DNA from: a virus
Reading direction: 5' to 3' (one strand)
Virus record (IMG/VR): IMGVR_UViG_3300042314_000343
Coordinates: 1-64,000 of that record
Length of the DNA stretch: 64,000 bases
The notes beneath the pieces are model-generated. The model saw nothing but the letters and a program-made list of their open reading frames with translations. It did not search any database and was not told the origin of the DNA. Shown one piece after another: positions 17,937-28,273 of the stretch. The position numbers were made by a program, and so were the translations under genes. The number at the start of each line of letters is the position of its first letter. Position 1 is the stretch's first letter.

Positions 17937-18143
17937 ATGGTATCTAAGCAGCACTGTCCCGTATGTGGCTTTTTGATGATGTATAGTGTTGAAGATGAAG
18001 GCACTACATATACCTGTATTAATAGCCATGGAACAATTGGTAAGGCAGACCAAGGAGTTCACATGTCACAGGGTTTAGCAGAGGCATATAGGTCTTTGGG
18101 ATCTAATGTAGATATTTTGCTGGAGTATTTGAAGAGACCCTAA
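17937..18143 (+). CDS. Small zinc-ribbon protein
   Basis: CPVC...CINSH. Confidence 0.6.
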   Translation: MVSKQHCPVCGFLMMYSVEDEGTTYTCINSHGTIGKADQGVHMSQGLAEAYRSLGSNVDILLEYLKRP

Positions 18144-18910
18144 TGGCAGGCAAACCCCACCCAAGAGAGCACGGTAGCATAAAGGGATATAAGCAGCACG
18201 AGTATTACAAAGAACCCAAGTGCCAGGATTGCTTAGACGCTAGAGCTGCGATGATGCGAGAACATCGCAAGACTGATAAATACCAAGAGTATCGTAAAGA
18301 TTGGTACGCTAGAAACAGGGATCGTGAGCTAGAAAATGCTCGTCAGTGGAAGAAAGCCAACAAAGAGCGTGTTGCTGAGTATGTAAGAAAGCGGTACTCA
18401 GAAAAGAAGGATGAGATTAATGCTCAGAGACGTGAGACATATCACAACAATGAGGAGTCTCGAAAGAAAGTATTAAAGAAGAATGCTCAGTGGGAGAGAT
18501 CAAACAGGGATAAGATAAATCAGTCTAATAGAGAAAGACGTAGAAGACATCCTGAGAAGCATAGAGAATCAAGCAGAAGATGGTATGCTGCAAACAGAGA
18601 AAAGATTAGAACTGTTTATCGTAGAAGAAGAAACGATAGGTATGGCTATGGCTTTTTGAGAGAAGCATACAGCACTCAAGAAGTGATTGATACCTATGGC
18701 AGTGACTGTCATATCTGTAGCAATCCTATCGATCTTAATCAGAGTAGGAAACCAGGAGTAGAAGGATGGGAGAATGCTTTGCACATTGACCATGTCATTC
18801 CACTTGTAGCTGGAGGACCAGACAGACTAGACAATGTGCGTCCAGCACATGCCTTTTGTAATCTATCCAAAGGTGCTAAAATTTCGGGGAATAAAAAGAA
18901 CCCTTCGTAA
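18143..18910 (+). CDS. HNH endonuclease
   Basis: Arg/Glu helical repeats; CHIC...HIDHVIP...NVRPAHAFCN. Confidence 0.88.
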   Translation: MAGKPHPREHGSIKGYKQHEYYKEPKCQDCLDARAAMMREHRKTDKYQEYRKDWYARNRDRELENARQWKKANKERVAEYVRKRYSEKKDEINAQRRETYHNNEESRKKVLKKNAQWERSNRDKINQSNRERRRRHPEKHRESSRRWYAANREKIRTVYRRRRNDRYGYGFLREAYSTQEVIDTYGSDCHICSNPIDLNQSRKPGVEGWENALHIDHVIPLVAGGPDRLDNVRPAHAFCNLSKGAKISGNKKNPS

Positions 18911-19758
18911 TACCTATATAAACATCTATAGAAAGAATAACCCTATATGCAAGACATAATCCTCATGTTCCTGATATCCCTGATAGGAGCAGCTATTGCT
19001 TTATGGATCAGAGAGCATTAGAAGGCTTTGGAGATATCCCCCTATCCGACTTTCAAGATTGAACTTATACCCTCGCAGAATGGCATACAGAGCTTCTGAG
19101 AGGTGTTTCTGATAGCTTATTTGATGAAATACATCTTACTGGATATGTTTGTTTAGATAGTGAAGCAAGATGGAGAAGTAAGTATTGGGTAATTATGCCC
19201 ATATATATAAGGCTTCGTAATCCATTCTACACCAAATACCCATATCTGTCAATCCTTTTTACCAAATTGTTATATCCCCAATGCCCAAATATCCCTGTTT
19301 ATTTTGTTTAAAAACATAGCAATTTTGGGGAAAAATATATGTCCTTCGTAATCTTTTTTGTCATTATATATACATAATTTGGGAGATTTTATATGTGTAT
19401 CGTAATGTATATTATATAGGGGGAAATCAGGTATGATCTACTGGATACCCTGGCCTTTGGCCACCCGCTTTGCGGGGGTATTGAATAAAGTATAAGCAAT
19501 ATCCCCTATATAAACATAAACAAATAGATCTATATATCACTATACATCTTGATAACCATATAGTCCATATTCTGGGAAAAATATATTTGGGATCGTAATG
19601 TCTTTTTAATCAAACAAACATGTACATAAGTTTCAGGGATTTTTTAAAGTCCTTCGTAATGTCTTTTATGTATATATAGGGAGAAATATGTCATGATCGT
19701 AATACCCTGGCAAACCCTGGAAATGTAGATTTCGGGGAAAAATTATACACCATCGTAA
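18886..19758 (+). repeat. Array of GGG(G)-N15/16(AT-rich)-TCGTAA motifs
   Basis: TCGTAA at 18905, 19215 (no G-run), 19346, 19400, 19593, 19654, 19697, 19753 in a gene-poor convergence zone. Confidence 0.8.
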
Positions 19759-19821
19759 TGTCTTTTGTCAATACCCTGCATGTAACGGTTTGATAACATT
19801 TGGAGCCCCCAGGGGCCCCTC

Positions 19822-19893
19822 AAACAAAAAACTGGTAGAAGATTACGAATACCCCAGTTGCAATAACCGAAAGACGCATATCTCCTACCAGTA
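19822..19893 (-). ncRNA. Candidate small RNA
   Basis: - strand TTGACT-N17-TACAAT promoter, 13-bp stem with a G-U pair on the - strand, U-rich tail. Confidence 0.6.
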
Positions 19894-19907
19894 GTTCTAT
19901 TGTAGCA

Positions 19908-20174
19908 CTACTCCACTACGAAGTCAAGCAAATCATCCAAAGTTTCAAAGCCTGTGTCTTCTTTAATATTTAAACCAGCAAGCAAGACATCGAATGCCTC
20001 CAGGACAAAACCCTCTGCGGTTTCGTTTGCCTTAACCAGACCATTAGAGATTAGGTAAGCCAGTGGCAGTCCAAGATCGTTATACTCCATGAAGTCTTTG
20101 AATTGCTCTTCCCCACGATAGTCCATCCATAAGTCTGCTAGGATACTTATCTTTGCTTCTTTAGTAGTCTCCAT
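19908..20174 (-). CDS. Hypothetical protein (paralog of next gene)
   Basis: Shares N(D/I)x(G/S)LPLA motif with 20177-20464. Confidence 0.75.
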   Translation of the reverse strand: METTKEAKISILADLWMDYRGEEQFKDFMEYNDLGLPLAYLISNGLVKANETAEGFVLEAFDVLLAGLNIKEDTGFETLDDLLDFVVE

Positions 20175-20176
20175 TA

Positions 20177-20464
20177 CTATACCGCCTCTGGAATCGTTAG
20201 TGTCATTATTCGTGTTGGAACCTTTGTAGTTTCATACACAAGGTCAGTTACATCTTCAAGACCACGCTCATCTGCAATCTGCTTGGCGTGTTCGTATGTC
20301 AATCTTAGGTTCTCAGCACCCTTGTCTGTCAAGGTAGCAAATCCGAAATCAACTGCGAATGCCAGCGGTAGAGAAATGTTCTCTTGGTTTACCCACTCAA
20401 TAACATTTGGGTTCTCATCGTGCTCTGTGCCAATGAATGATAGTGCCTTGATAATTTCTTCCAT
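20177..20464 (-). CDS. Hypothetical protein
   Basis: Start moved to MEEIIK (leaderless); the track ATG overlaps the TATAAT box. Confidence 0.7.
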   Translation of the reverse strand: MEEIIKALSFIGTEHDENPNVIEWVNQENISLPLAFAVDFGFATLTDKGAENLRLTYEHAKQIADERGLEDVTDLVYETTKVPTRIMTLTIPEAV

Positions 20465-20494
20465 AGTATCCATTATACCCTTACCCTCCGACTT

Positions 20495-20704
20495 TTAGAA
20501 CAGACTTGTCTGCTCGTATGCGTTTTCTTTTTCCCACTCTGCTGACTCAGTTACTACTAGCAATCTGTTGTAATGGACATTCTGCATTCTTGCTATGTTT
20601 CTTCCTACTTCGTCAAGGTTGATAGTAATTGGTTCTAGCAACTGAACAATCTGCTCTGCTACTTTTTCTTCTCTGCTCTTTGGTAATCGTCTGCTTCTTG
20701 CCAT
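20495..20704 (-). CDS. Hypothetical protein
   Basis: AAGGAGAG SD; TTGACA-N17-GATAAT promoter. Confidence 0.75.
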   Translation of the reverse strand: MARSRRLPKSREEKVAEQIVQLLEPITINLDEVGRNIARMQNVHYNRLLVVTESAEWEKENAYEQTSLF

Positions 20705-20864
20705 TTGGTTGCTCTCCTTGTGTCCATTATCTCATAAGTTGTAGAGGGTGTCAAGGAAGAAAGTAGGAAATCCTTGACACCCCCTGTGTGATACGATGAG
20801 CGACCCCTCACTCATTTGCCGTATCACGTCCCACTGGAGTAGTCTCGACAGTGGGAATCTTTGT

Positions 20865-21251
20865 TTAGTTAGTTAGTCTATCGCCATAGTTACCAGACTC
20901 CAGGTCCTCCCAGTACTTTGGCAATCGATCGAAATACTCTTTGAGTCTGTCTGAAAGCTTGCTCCAGTAGTTCTTTCGGAATTCCTCCAAGCCGTACCAT
21001 AGGTCAGCCTCATCTTTAAAGTAATCATCTCTATTAAATCCAATAGACTGAATCTCTTCAGCTGTTAGGTCAATAGGGTCATCCCACTCATCTTGGTTAC
21101 CGTCCTTATATGCATAGACGTGAATCTTCCAGGACGCTGGGTCAAAGTAGCTATCGCCCTTGTCCTCGTCGTACTCTTCAGGCATGAAGATATTGAGGTC
21201 CCACTCAATGTGCTCCTTGCCTGCATTCTTATTACGCTTATCCAACATAGT
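20865..21251 (-). CDS. Acidic hypothetical protein
   Basis: Track ORF 20865-21308; start uncertain, likely near the upstream stop. Confidence 0.6.
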   Translation of the reverse strand, partial: TMLDKRNKNAGKEHIEWDLNIFMPEEYDEDKGDSYFDPASWKIHVYAYKDGNQDEWDDPIDLTAEEIQSIGFNRDDYFKDEADLWYGLEEFRKNYWSKLSDRLKEYFDRLPKYWEDLESGNYGDRLTN

Positions 21252-21630
21252 TTGTGACATATCCACTACCCTCACATTTCTCACAGTCTGGGTCTCCCCA
21301 GTTATCATTACGCTTTACTAGAACATCTTCTTCTTCGCTGTAGCACTCGCACTCTTCTTCCACGGAAAGAAGAACATAGTCGTCCTCGTCTTCCCAAGGA
21401 ACCTCACAGACATAATAGCTAAGTCTGTTTACAAATGAGTAGCCTGCAACAATAAGTGTTGACAAGTCTGCGTCAACAAGTGTCCAGACATACCTCTGGT
21501 CTAGAGACCTGACATAGTCAACCTCTTCACCATAGGTTTCGAACTGTTGCTCATCATGCTTCCTAAAATGATTAGTCTTAGGCTTGAACTTTGCTTCCCA
21601 CTCTGCCCAACCCTGATACTCTGTTGCCAT
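21238..21630 (-). CDS. Hypothetical protein with C-terminal Cys motif
   Basis: AGAAAGTAGGAAAT leader; CEC...CEKCEGSG. Confidence 0.75.
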   Translation of the reverse strand: MATEYQGWAEWEAKFKPKTNHFRKHDEQQFETYGEEVDYVRSLDQRYVWTLVDADLSTLIVAGYSFVNRLSYYVCEVPWEDEDDYVLLSVEEECECYSEEEDVLVKRNDNWGDPDCEKCEGSGYVTNYVG

Positions 21631-21643
21631 TATTTCCTACTTT

Positions 21644-22168
21644 CTAAAAATGGAAGTCTACAAATACAAGATACCAGTTTTTGTTGCCTGTGTCAATACT
21701 TTCCAACATATATTTTGTATTGGTTGTCTCGTGATACATGTCGTAGAAGTAAGAGTTGAAATCCCACTTGCCCTGTGTCATGTCAATCATCTTGTGTAGG
21801 TCATACAGCTGGAACCCAAAGTCCATTTGTCCGTTATAGCTATCAAGAACACTGTTTATATCAACATTCTTATTGTTGAAAGTTTGGCGGTAGCGATTGA
21901 ATTCCACCATACGTTCTGCAATAGCTTCATCGACAGTATCAAGAAACTTCTTAGGCTCTTCATCATATGAGATAGTCATAGACTGGTCTTCTTCATCATA
22001 GACGTCGCTACCGTTGTCATTCCAACGTCCGCCTCCAGTTATAAACCAGTCATACCAAGAGGATAGGTTATACTCGTCACCCATTTCATTCTCAAGATAA
22101 TCTTTGACTAAACGGAATGCGTGGTCTTTGTCTTCTGCTTGAACTGCTATACGTTGCAATACGTGCAT
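21644..22168 (-). CDS. Hypothetical protein
   Basis: WYDWFITGGGRW...VDFHF; AGAAAG leader. Confidence 0.8.
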   Translation of the reverse strand: MHVLQRIAVQAEDKDHAFRLVKDYLENEMGDEYNLSSWYDWFITGGGRWNDNGSDVYDEEDQSMTISYDEEPKKFLDTVDEAIAERMVEFNRYRQTFNNKNVDINSVLDSYNGQMDFGFQLYDLHKMIDMTQGKWDFNSYFYDMYHETTNTKYMLESIDTGNKNWYLVFVDFHF

Positions 22169-22189
22169 GGGGTTACTTTCTACTAGGGT

Positions 22190-22414
22190 CTAGAATATAT
22201 TATACGCTGAAAAGTCTGAATTGTCAACAGCGAATCTCTGTGCATTCATCCACGCTGCTTCGCCAAAGAAATACTTAGGCTTGCCAGAAACTGGGGAAAC
22301 TTTATAGAAGTCGTAATACTTGTCTGCCTCATATACTGAGACACCACTGTTGTGGAAGATCCTGGTCCACGTTGTGGATCCAACGGATGGTTTCTTAGAT
22401 ACGTGTACTTGCAT
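22190..22414 (-). CDS. Hypothetical protein
   Basis: MQVHVSKK start coupled to the upstream 32-aa ORF. Confidence 0.65.
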   Translation of the reverse strand: MQVHVSKKPSVGSTTWTRIFHNSGVSVYEADKYYDFYKVSPVSGKPKYFFGEAAWMNAQRFAVDNSDFSAYNIF

Positions 22415-22512
22415 TATTCTCCATAACACTTAGGGCAAATTTCATTGGTGTCTTCAAATGAATAGTAAAAGTTACCGTCTACTATTGGTGCTTCGCATTC
22501 ATAGCACTTCAT
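22414..22512 (-). CDS. 32-aa CxxC...CxxC microprotein (not in ORF track)
   Basis: MKCYECEAP...ICPKCYGE*; AGAAAGTAGGA leader, TTGACT-N17-GATAAT promoter. Confidence 0.65.
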   Translation of the reverse strand: MKCYECEAPIVDGNFYYSFEDTNEICPKCYGE

Positions 22513-23453
22513 GAAATCCTACTTTCTTGATACTCAATTATCTCAGAAACTGGGGAAAAAGTCAAGAGGTTCTTAATAGGTATTTTATGACAGTCAGTAC
22601 TGCTTGTCATGATTGCCTGGATCTGGGCCCCCCCGAAGGGGTACCTTAGTTAGATAAAATCGATGATGTCACCATCAAAACCACCCATATCCAAGTCGAA
22701 CATAAGGTCACGATAAGAAATTTCTCCATTAGCTGCCATCTCAAATAGTTCTACTACTTGCTCGTTGTCCATTAGTCATCCTTTTCTTGTAGGGAAGCAA
22801 TTAGTATACCAAGAACCTGTCTTGGTGTCAAGATGTCTAGTGCTGGATTGTCCATAGCACTTTCAATTATTTTGATGGCATAGGCAAGTCCATCTTCCAT
22901 ACCTGCCTCGTAGCCAATCTGCTCCATCTCTGATACAGCCATTAGCAACTCCCATCGTTAGGAATCTCATTCTCTGGCACACCCATCATACGCAATACTG
23001 ATTGGCTTCTGTCAATGACCCCAATAATGTAATCAGAAAAACTATCGTTTATGTCAAGTTCATTCTGCTGAATCATTAGGTCAAGAATGTCTGTCTTCAG
23101 ATAGTCAATGATTTCTTCATTAGTCTTCAACAACTGTTGCCTCCCATACTCCGTCAGGTAGATTAGCGTGATACTCTAGTGCTAGGTCAATAGCCTCGTC
23201 TTCGTCTAATGCTTCCACATCATACTCACAAACATAAGTAACTAGATACTTCTTCATTACACATTCTCCAACATCTCTGCTAGTCGCTGCAATTGTTCTG
23301 GGGTAAGGCTGTTTAGAACATCCTCGTTGATTAGATTACTGTTAGTCCAGTCACTCACTTATTCCTACTTTCTCTCTCAGTTCCTCGTCTGACAAGGATA
23401 CTATTTTATCAAGACCCTCTGACATTATTACATCCAGCAGTTTGCGAAAGTTC

Positions 23454-23702
23454 TCAATCATTCCAGCCAGCCTCTTCTTCTAATGTATAAGGGTTTAGTT
23501 TGTGATTGAAATACATTTCTTGGCACGGCATACAGAAACCAAGTTCCTCGTGCCATACATCTTCTTCTACCTGTGTTCCGCAATAAGCAAATCTATTACA
23601 GGGTAGATAACCATTAGACTCATACTCTTGGTTACCCTCACAGATACGACAGAACGGGTTGCAGTCAAAACTACCATTGTGGTTGGGGCATACTTTTATC
23701 AT
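23454..23702 (-). CDS. Cys-rich hypothetical protein
   Basis: Leaderless MIKVCPNH after TGTCAT-N10-TATAGT; the track start lies inside the promoter. Confidence 0.7.
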   Translation of the reverse strand: MIKVCPNHNGSFDCNPFCRICEGNQEYESNGYLPCNRFAYCGTQVEEDVWHEELGFCMPCQEMYFNHKLNPYTLEEEAGWND

Positions 23703-24377
23703 AGTATCCACTATAGCAGGGGGGTATGACATTATAGAATCTCCACTTCAACGGCCTGGTTCAACTCACCATACTTTACAAAGCTATAGATATCGTCAAT
23801 GTACGATGCCCTGACATATTCCAGCAGGTCTTCTTTGGTCAGATTCTCCATTATCGGATCCTCGTCTGGGTAGTAATCAAAAGTAATACTAGCTCTGATA
23901 ACCCTACTCATACATACCATCCTGAATCTATCTTTACAAAGTGTGTAAGCTTAGCTACCTTATTAGCAATGTAGGTTCCATTGCGTCTTGCCTTAGCTCT
24001 TGATACTGTCATCGGTGTCTCCTACAGGTAGCTTCTTTGTGTCCCATTTTCTTGGCGGTAGATAGCCAAGACTTATAACAACCCATACATACATAAGAAT
24101 CATACGGGTCACCCTTCTTCTTCATAAGATAGATAGTACCGTCACCGTAAGTTGGTAGGTCATCCCTCCAAGACTTAGTCTTCATCTTCCCACTCTTCCC
24201 ACTCTTCTACATAACGCTCAACAGCTTCACATAGAGCTTCCCAAGCTGAATCCGAAAGGTATTCAGGTCTTTCAATGGTAAAGGTATCACTCATCGTCTT
24301 CCTCACTATCTCCATTATCAAAGCCTATCTCACGAAAGAAAGAATCCCATACTCCTCCTGGAGTTGGTTCCCAAGTG

Positions 24378-24569
24378 TTACTCACCATCTTCGTCTTCCT
24401 CTTCCTCGTCTAGTTCCTCAACATCAATAGAGTAAACGCCGTCATAAGTGATTGCGTTGTCATAAGTGTCACCCCAAGATGTCCAAGCCAATTCCTCAGC
24501 GTGTTCCTTTGAATCTGCCTCAATCTCTCCAGCAAAATCAACTTTCATTTGAACATAAAATCTAGCCAT
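24378..24569 (-). CDS. Acidic hypothetical protein
   Basis: GGAAAGGA SD, own -26-type promoter. Confidence 0.75.
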   Translation of the reverse strand: MARFYVQMKVDFAGEIEADSKEHAEELAWTSWGDTYDNAITYDGVYSIDVEELDEEEEDEDGE

Positions 24570-24735
24570 TAGATTTCCTTTCCTACTTGCTTACAAGTAT
24601 AGGGGTAGGGTCTGACATTATCAAGAGATTCTGGGAAATATTTTGTAAGGTTCTTAAAGGTTTATTTGTGAGTAAAAGGTTTGATATACATTGATGGGTT
24701 CTGGGGCCCCCGATCGAACATGCCAAAAGTGGAAT

Positions 24736-24762
24736 GGGCAGTTTTACTACATACCCAGGTAG
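24736..24762 (-). ncRNA. 27-nt H-type pseudoknot, copy 1
   Basis: CTAC-CT-GGGTA-T-GTAG-TAAAAC-TGCCC just 3' of the DUF932 stop. Confidence 0.7.
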
Positions 24763-24768
24763 GAATAC

Positions 24769-25767
24769 TTAGTTAGCCAAAACCAACTGAAGCAAGCGGT
24801 TTTTCTCTGCTGTGGTCACAGGGTCGAAACCAGATGCAGCAGCGAGAATACTCTCGTTAGTTCCACCTCGTGCTGAGCGATACCAATCCAAGCGTTCGGT
24901 TAGAGCGTTGAAAGCACCCCACTTGGTTCCAGCAATGGTGTTGTTGAAGTCACCAACATAGATACCGTTGATTAGGTCAATCTTGTCGTTGTGCTTCTTG
25001 AATGAACCCTTAGCGTCTTTCTCTGGTGCAGGGTAAGCAAGAGCAACAATCTTGTCGAACTGTGCCTTGGTGATTTCGGTCTCAATCATAGCTTTTGCCA
25101 TTTCATCGAACTTGTCCATATAAGCATTTGCCAAGCCTAATGCCTCACGTGCCTGCTGAACCTTGCCAGAAGCGGTAGCGGTGTGGCGAATCTTGAAGGT
25201 CTGCTTGATACCCTTGTTGCCCTTGCCAAGTGCTAGGTTTAGAGTGTTTGCACAGACAACACGCACAGGTGTAATGCTTGCCTGAATTGCCACTGAACCA
25301 TCGTGAGAGGTGTTGATTAGAAGATAAGTGTTTACCTTATCAGACACGCCGTTAGGGTCAAGAACGGTTTCACGCTCAAGAGCAAGCGAACCAAAAACCT
25401 GTCGTCCTCCCTTGATAGAACCAGCGGTCTCCCAGCGACCTCCGCCGTCTAGCATTAGGTCTCCAAAGTCAAATAGGTCTTCGTTCTGCAATGGAACATA
25501 ACGCTCACCAACTACGCCAAGAACATCGTTCTTAGTGTTGTCGAATGGGTTAGTGCGAGTGACAAAAGAGTAAGCCTTGTCAGAGGTGAAGGTGTCTGGA
25601 ATTGCTACGTCCTCTAGGCGAACATTCCACTTGTCAAGGTGTGCCAGCTTTAGCATTTCTGCGGTGGTAACTTCCTCAGTGAAGACAGTGCCAAGTCCGT
25701 GCCAAGCAGGTTCACGCAAAGAAGCAAAAGAGGTCTGTCCGTTTACGGTTTCTAGTTCGTGTGCCAT
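24769..25767 (-). CDS. DUF932 (TIGR03299-like) phage/plasmid protein
   Basis: MAHELE, PAWHGLG, ETAGSIKGGRQVF, NTSHDGS, TPVRVVCANTL, IRHT. Confidence 0.88.
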   Translation of the reverse strand: MAHELETVNGQTSFASLREPAWHGLGTVFTEEVTTAEMLKLAHLDKWNVRLEDVAIPDTFTSDKAYSFVTRTNPFDNTKNDVLGVVGERYVPLQNEDLFDFGDLMLDGGGRWETAGSIKGGRQVFGSLALERETVLDPNGVSDKVNTYLLINTSHDGSVAIQASITPVRVVCANTLNLALGKGNKGIKQTFKIRHTATASGKVQQAREALGLANAYMDKFDEMAKAMIETEITKAQFDKIVALAYPAPEKDAKGSFKKHNDKIDLINGIYVGDFNNTIAGTKWGAFNALTERLDWYRSARGGTNESILAAASGFDPVTTAEKNRLLQLVLAN

Positions 25768-25949
25768 ATGATTTCTTTCTGTTGGGGATTACTGATAAGA
25801 CAATTATACAGTGTAGGTCTGACATTGTAAAGAATCTGGGGAAAAATAATTAGACATCTTAAATAACGTTTTGGTTACGATCATTGATCTGGTGGCTGGG
25901 GGGCCCCACAACTACCCCCAGACTGTCAAGTCCAGGGGTAGCGTGTTGG

Positions 25950-26498
25950 TTACCTAACTAATTGAGAATCCTTACAGCTCACAAGGTAGTCATCTACGCT
26001 CATCTCACGAATGCTCTCAAAAGCCAAGACTAGAGAGATGTCCCAAGAACCCTTATACTTACTAAACTGGGTGTGGAAAAGTTCTCTGTCCAAGTCTACG
26101 GTGTAGATACCCTCGCAGAACAACTCGTCATTCTCAAACTCTAAGTCTCTGACAATAGGGATAGGGGAATCGTCCCAGTCAGCGATTACCCTGAAAATCT
26201 CTCCACCAGTATCTCTGGTTAGAGTTGGAAACTGCTCCGCAAACTTCTTGCCAGAATCCATAGACATAGACCCGTCCATAACTCCGTCCTGAAATGGCTT
26301 TAGAAGTGCTTCCACATCAGAGTCGCTGGGGTAGTAAATCTGTGGAATCTTATCAATAAAAGCCTTCACCACATCAGGGTTAGTCAGGGTATGGAATAGG
26401 GTAACACCCTGTCCCTCTGGATAGTGGTCCCATTGTCCATACTGGGCAACGATAACCTGATTCTTGTAGATAACCTTAGTTAGTCCTCTAGTTCCCAT
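25950..26498 (-). CDS. Hypothetical protein
   Basis: MGTR...YGQWDHYPEGQG; own promoter and SD. Confidence 0.8.
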   Translation of the reverse strand: MGTRGLTKVIYKNQVIVAQYGQWDHYPEGQGVTLFHTLTNPDVVKAFIDKIPQIYYPSDSDVEALLKPFQDGVMDGSMSMDSGKKFAEQFPTLTRDTGGEIFRVIADWDDSPIPIVRDLEFENDELFCEGIYTVDLDRELFHTQFSKYKGSWDISLVLAFESIREMSVDDYLVSCKDSQLVR

Positions 26499-26545
26499 TA
26501 TTCCTACTTTCTATTTAGATTATTATAAACTGGGGGTATGACATT

Positions 26546-26749
26546 TTAGAAGTCAACTAGAATGTCTTGGTCTACTCGTCTACCATACTCAAAAGCCAAG
26601 TTCTCGTCAATGATTTCTATTTCACCAGAACCATTGTCCCACTCCTCAGCAACGCTGGCTGGTAGGTCATCGGTGTCAAGAACATAGATAACACGGTTAG
26701 GCTGGTATTCCCACCAGTCACCATTCTCGTTTGCGATAAAAATTGCCAT
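26546..26749 (-). CDS. Hypothetical protein
   Basis: Start moved to MAIFIANE after AGAAAGGA. Confidence 0.75.
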   Translation of the reverse strand: MAIFIANENGDWWEYQPNRVIYVLDTDDLPASVAEEWDNGSGEIEIIDENLAFEYGRRVDQDILVDF

Positions 26750-27013
26750 TTGTATCCTTTCTTTAGTTATCTTATTATGACACAACCCTCTGACATTATC
26801 AATATCCAGCTTTTGGGGGGCCCCCGATCCAGGCAAAGAAAAACCACCCAAGCGAGGGTATCAGGTAGTATCATTTCTGACCTATGCTTCAACCGATAGC
26901 AGGGTGGTGTTCTTCGCCTCACAGCCTTGCGGTATTGCTAATGCTTGTTTCTTGTATCGTGGAAACCACCACGCTTGTAAGCCGTTGCCTAGGACACTTA
27001 CAAGAGGTCTAGT

Positions 27014-27040
27014 GAGCAGTTTAGACACTTGCTCAGGTGT
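27014..27040 (-). ncRNA. 27-nt H-type pseudoknot, copy 2
   Basis: ACAC-CT-GAGCA-A-GTGT-CTAAAC-TGCTC just 3' of stop at 27047. Confidence 0.7.
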
Positions 27041-27046
27041 GTCCCC

Positions 27047-27502
27047 TTAGATAAGGTCAATCACAGAGGAGTAGGAACTTGCGTTCACTTCCTCTTGAGA
27101 GGTCATCTTTAGGATACGAAGGTTCTTCTCAAGAATTGCCTTACGGGTGGTGTATTCCCTGCCAAAGTGCTGGTTGGTGTTTGGCTGTTCTGGCTTTACA
27201 GGCTTCTTTGGGAAGTTGGCAATAACTGAGATGTCCAACTCAATCTCAAACTTGTTCTGAGAGTAGTGGTTCTGAACTAGACGAATGGTGCTGTCATACT
27301 CAAAGCCAATCTTGTCAGCGTTGTTAGTGATGTAGTTGGTGGCAAACTTAGTTACCTCAGACTTGTATGCCTCTAGGTCTGCCTCATACTGCTTTACCTT
27401 CTCAGGGTAAGACTCAACATCAGCGTCAATCTGGGCAATAGTTGCCTCAATGTCAGCGATTAGAGCAGAGGTTGGGATTTTTACGGAAAGGGTTCTAGCC
27501 AT
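27047..27502 (-). CDS. Hypothetical coiled-coil protein
   Basis: Own promoter and AGAAAG leader. Confidence 0.8.
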   Translation of the reverse strand: MARTLSVKIPTSALIADIEATIAQIDADVESYPEKVKQYEADLEAYKSEVTKFATNYITNNADKIGFEYDSTIRLVQNHYSQNKFEIELDISVIANFPKKPVKPEQPNTNQHFGREYTTRKAILEKNLRILKMTSQEEVNASSYSSVIDLI

Positions 27503-27589
27503 TTCTTTCTACTTTCTTTTGGGTTAGTTACATTATAGGGGAAGGGTGTGACATTTTGGGTAGTTTATTGTGATACCCAGCACATCTGC

Positions 27590-27811
27590 CTAGAAAATAC
27601 CGAATACCTTCTTGCGAGGTTCAGTAATAGTCTTGACAATGACCTTTGGTTCTGGCATAGCCAAGAAACGGGTCTGGTTGGTAGCACCATCAAAAGTGCC
27701 GTTTGGGTTGCGAACAACTGCCTTGATACCTTCGCCAGACTTGGTGTTCCAAATCTCGGTGCGAACTTCTAGGCGTTGGTTTTTCTTCTGTGAAATAATC
27801 TTTCCAGACAT
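27590..27811 (-). CDS. Hypothetical basic protein
   Basis: Own promoter and GAGGA SD. Confidence 0.7.
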   Translation of the reverse strand: MSGKIISQKKNQRLEVRTEIWNTKSGEGIKAVVRNPNGTFDGATNQTRFLAMPEPKVIVKTITEPRKKVFGIF

Positions 27812-27920
27812 TTTATTCCTCTTTCTTTTCAGGGTAGTTCTATTGTAAAGGTGGGGTATGACATTTTAGTAAGAGGGGGGATAGAGAAAGGATAAGAAAC
27901 GCTATCCCCCCAAGACTAAA

Positions 27921-28067
27921 TTACTTTACAGTAGTCCAGCGGTCTTGACCATTTACATCAAGACGAACACGGAACGAACCCGTCTTGTTCTGGATTACTT
28001 CCTGAATTACACCTGACACGCCAGACTTAGCGGTGGTGAACTGTGAGCCAACAGTTAGAGTGTTCAT
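27921..28067 (-). CDS. 48-aa SH3/KOW-like microprotein (not in ORF track)
   Basis: MNTLTVGSQFTTAKSGVSGVIQEV...RWTTVK* with AGGAAG SD. Confidence 0.65.
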   Translation of the reverse strand: MNTLTVGSQFTTAKSGVSGVIQEVIQNKTGSFRVRLDVNGQDRWTTVK

Positions 28068-28273
28068 TTTGCTTCCTATTCCGCCCCAGAGGGACTGTTT
28101 TGATTATTTACCAACTTTTGTTGATAGGTCTATTATGCCAGAAAAATGAATAAACCACAAGAGGGAAACACTATTTTCTTTACAAAGTTTTGGGGGATTT
28201 TTTGTAGGTTTCGTAAATTGACAAGCAGTAGGCTGGGGGGGGCTCCGTTAGATCTTTGGGGGCCCCGAAAGGT

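Noticed and set aside
18886-19758. CRISPR array
   Set aside because: Repeats are degenerate bipartite motifs with irregular spacing, not identical repeats with uniform spacers; no cas genes.
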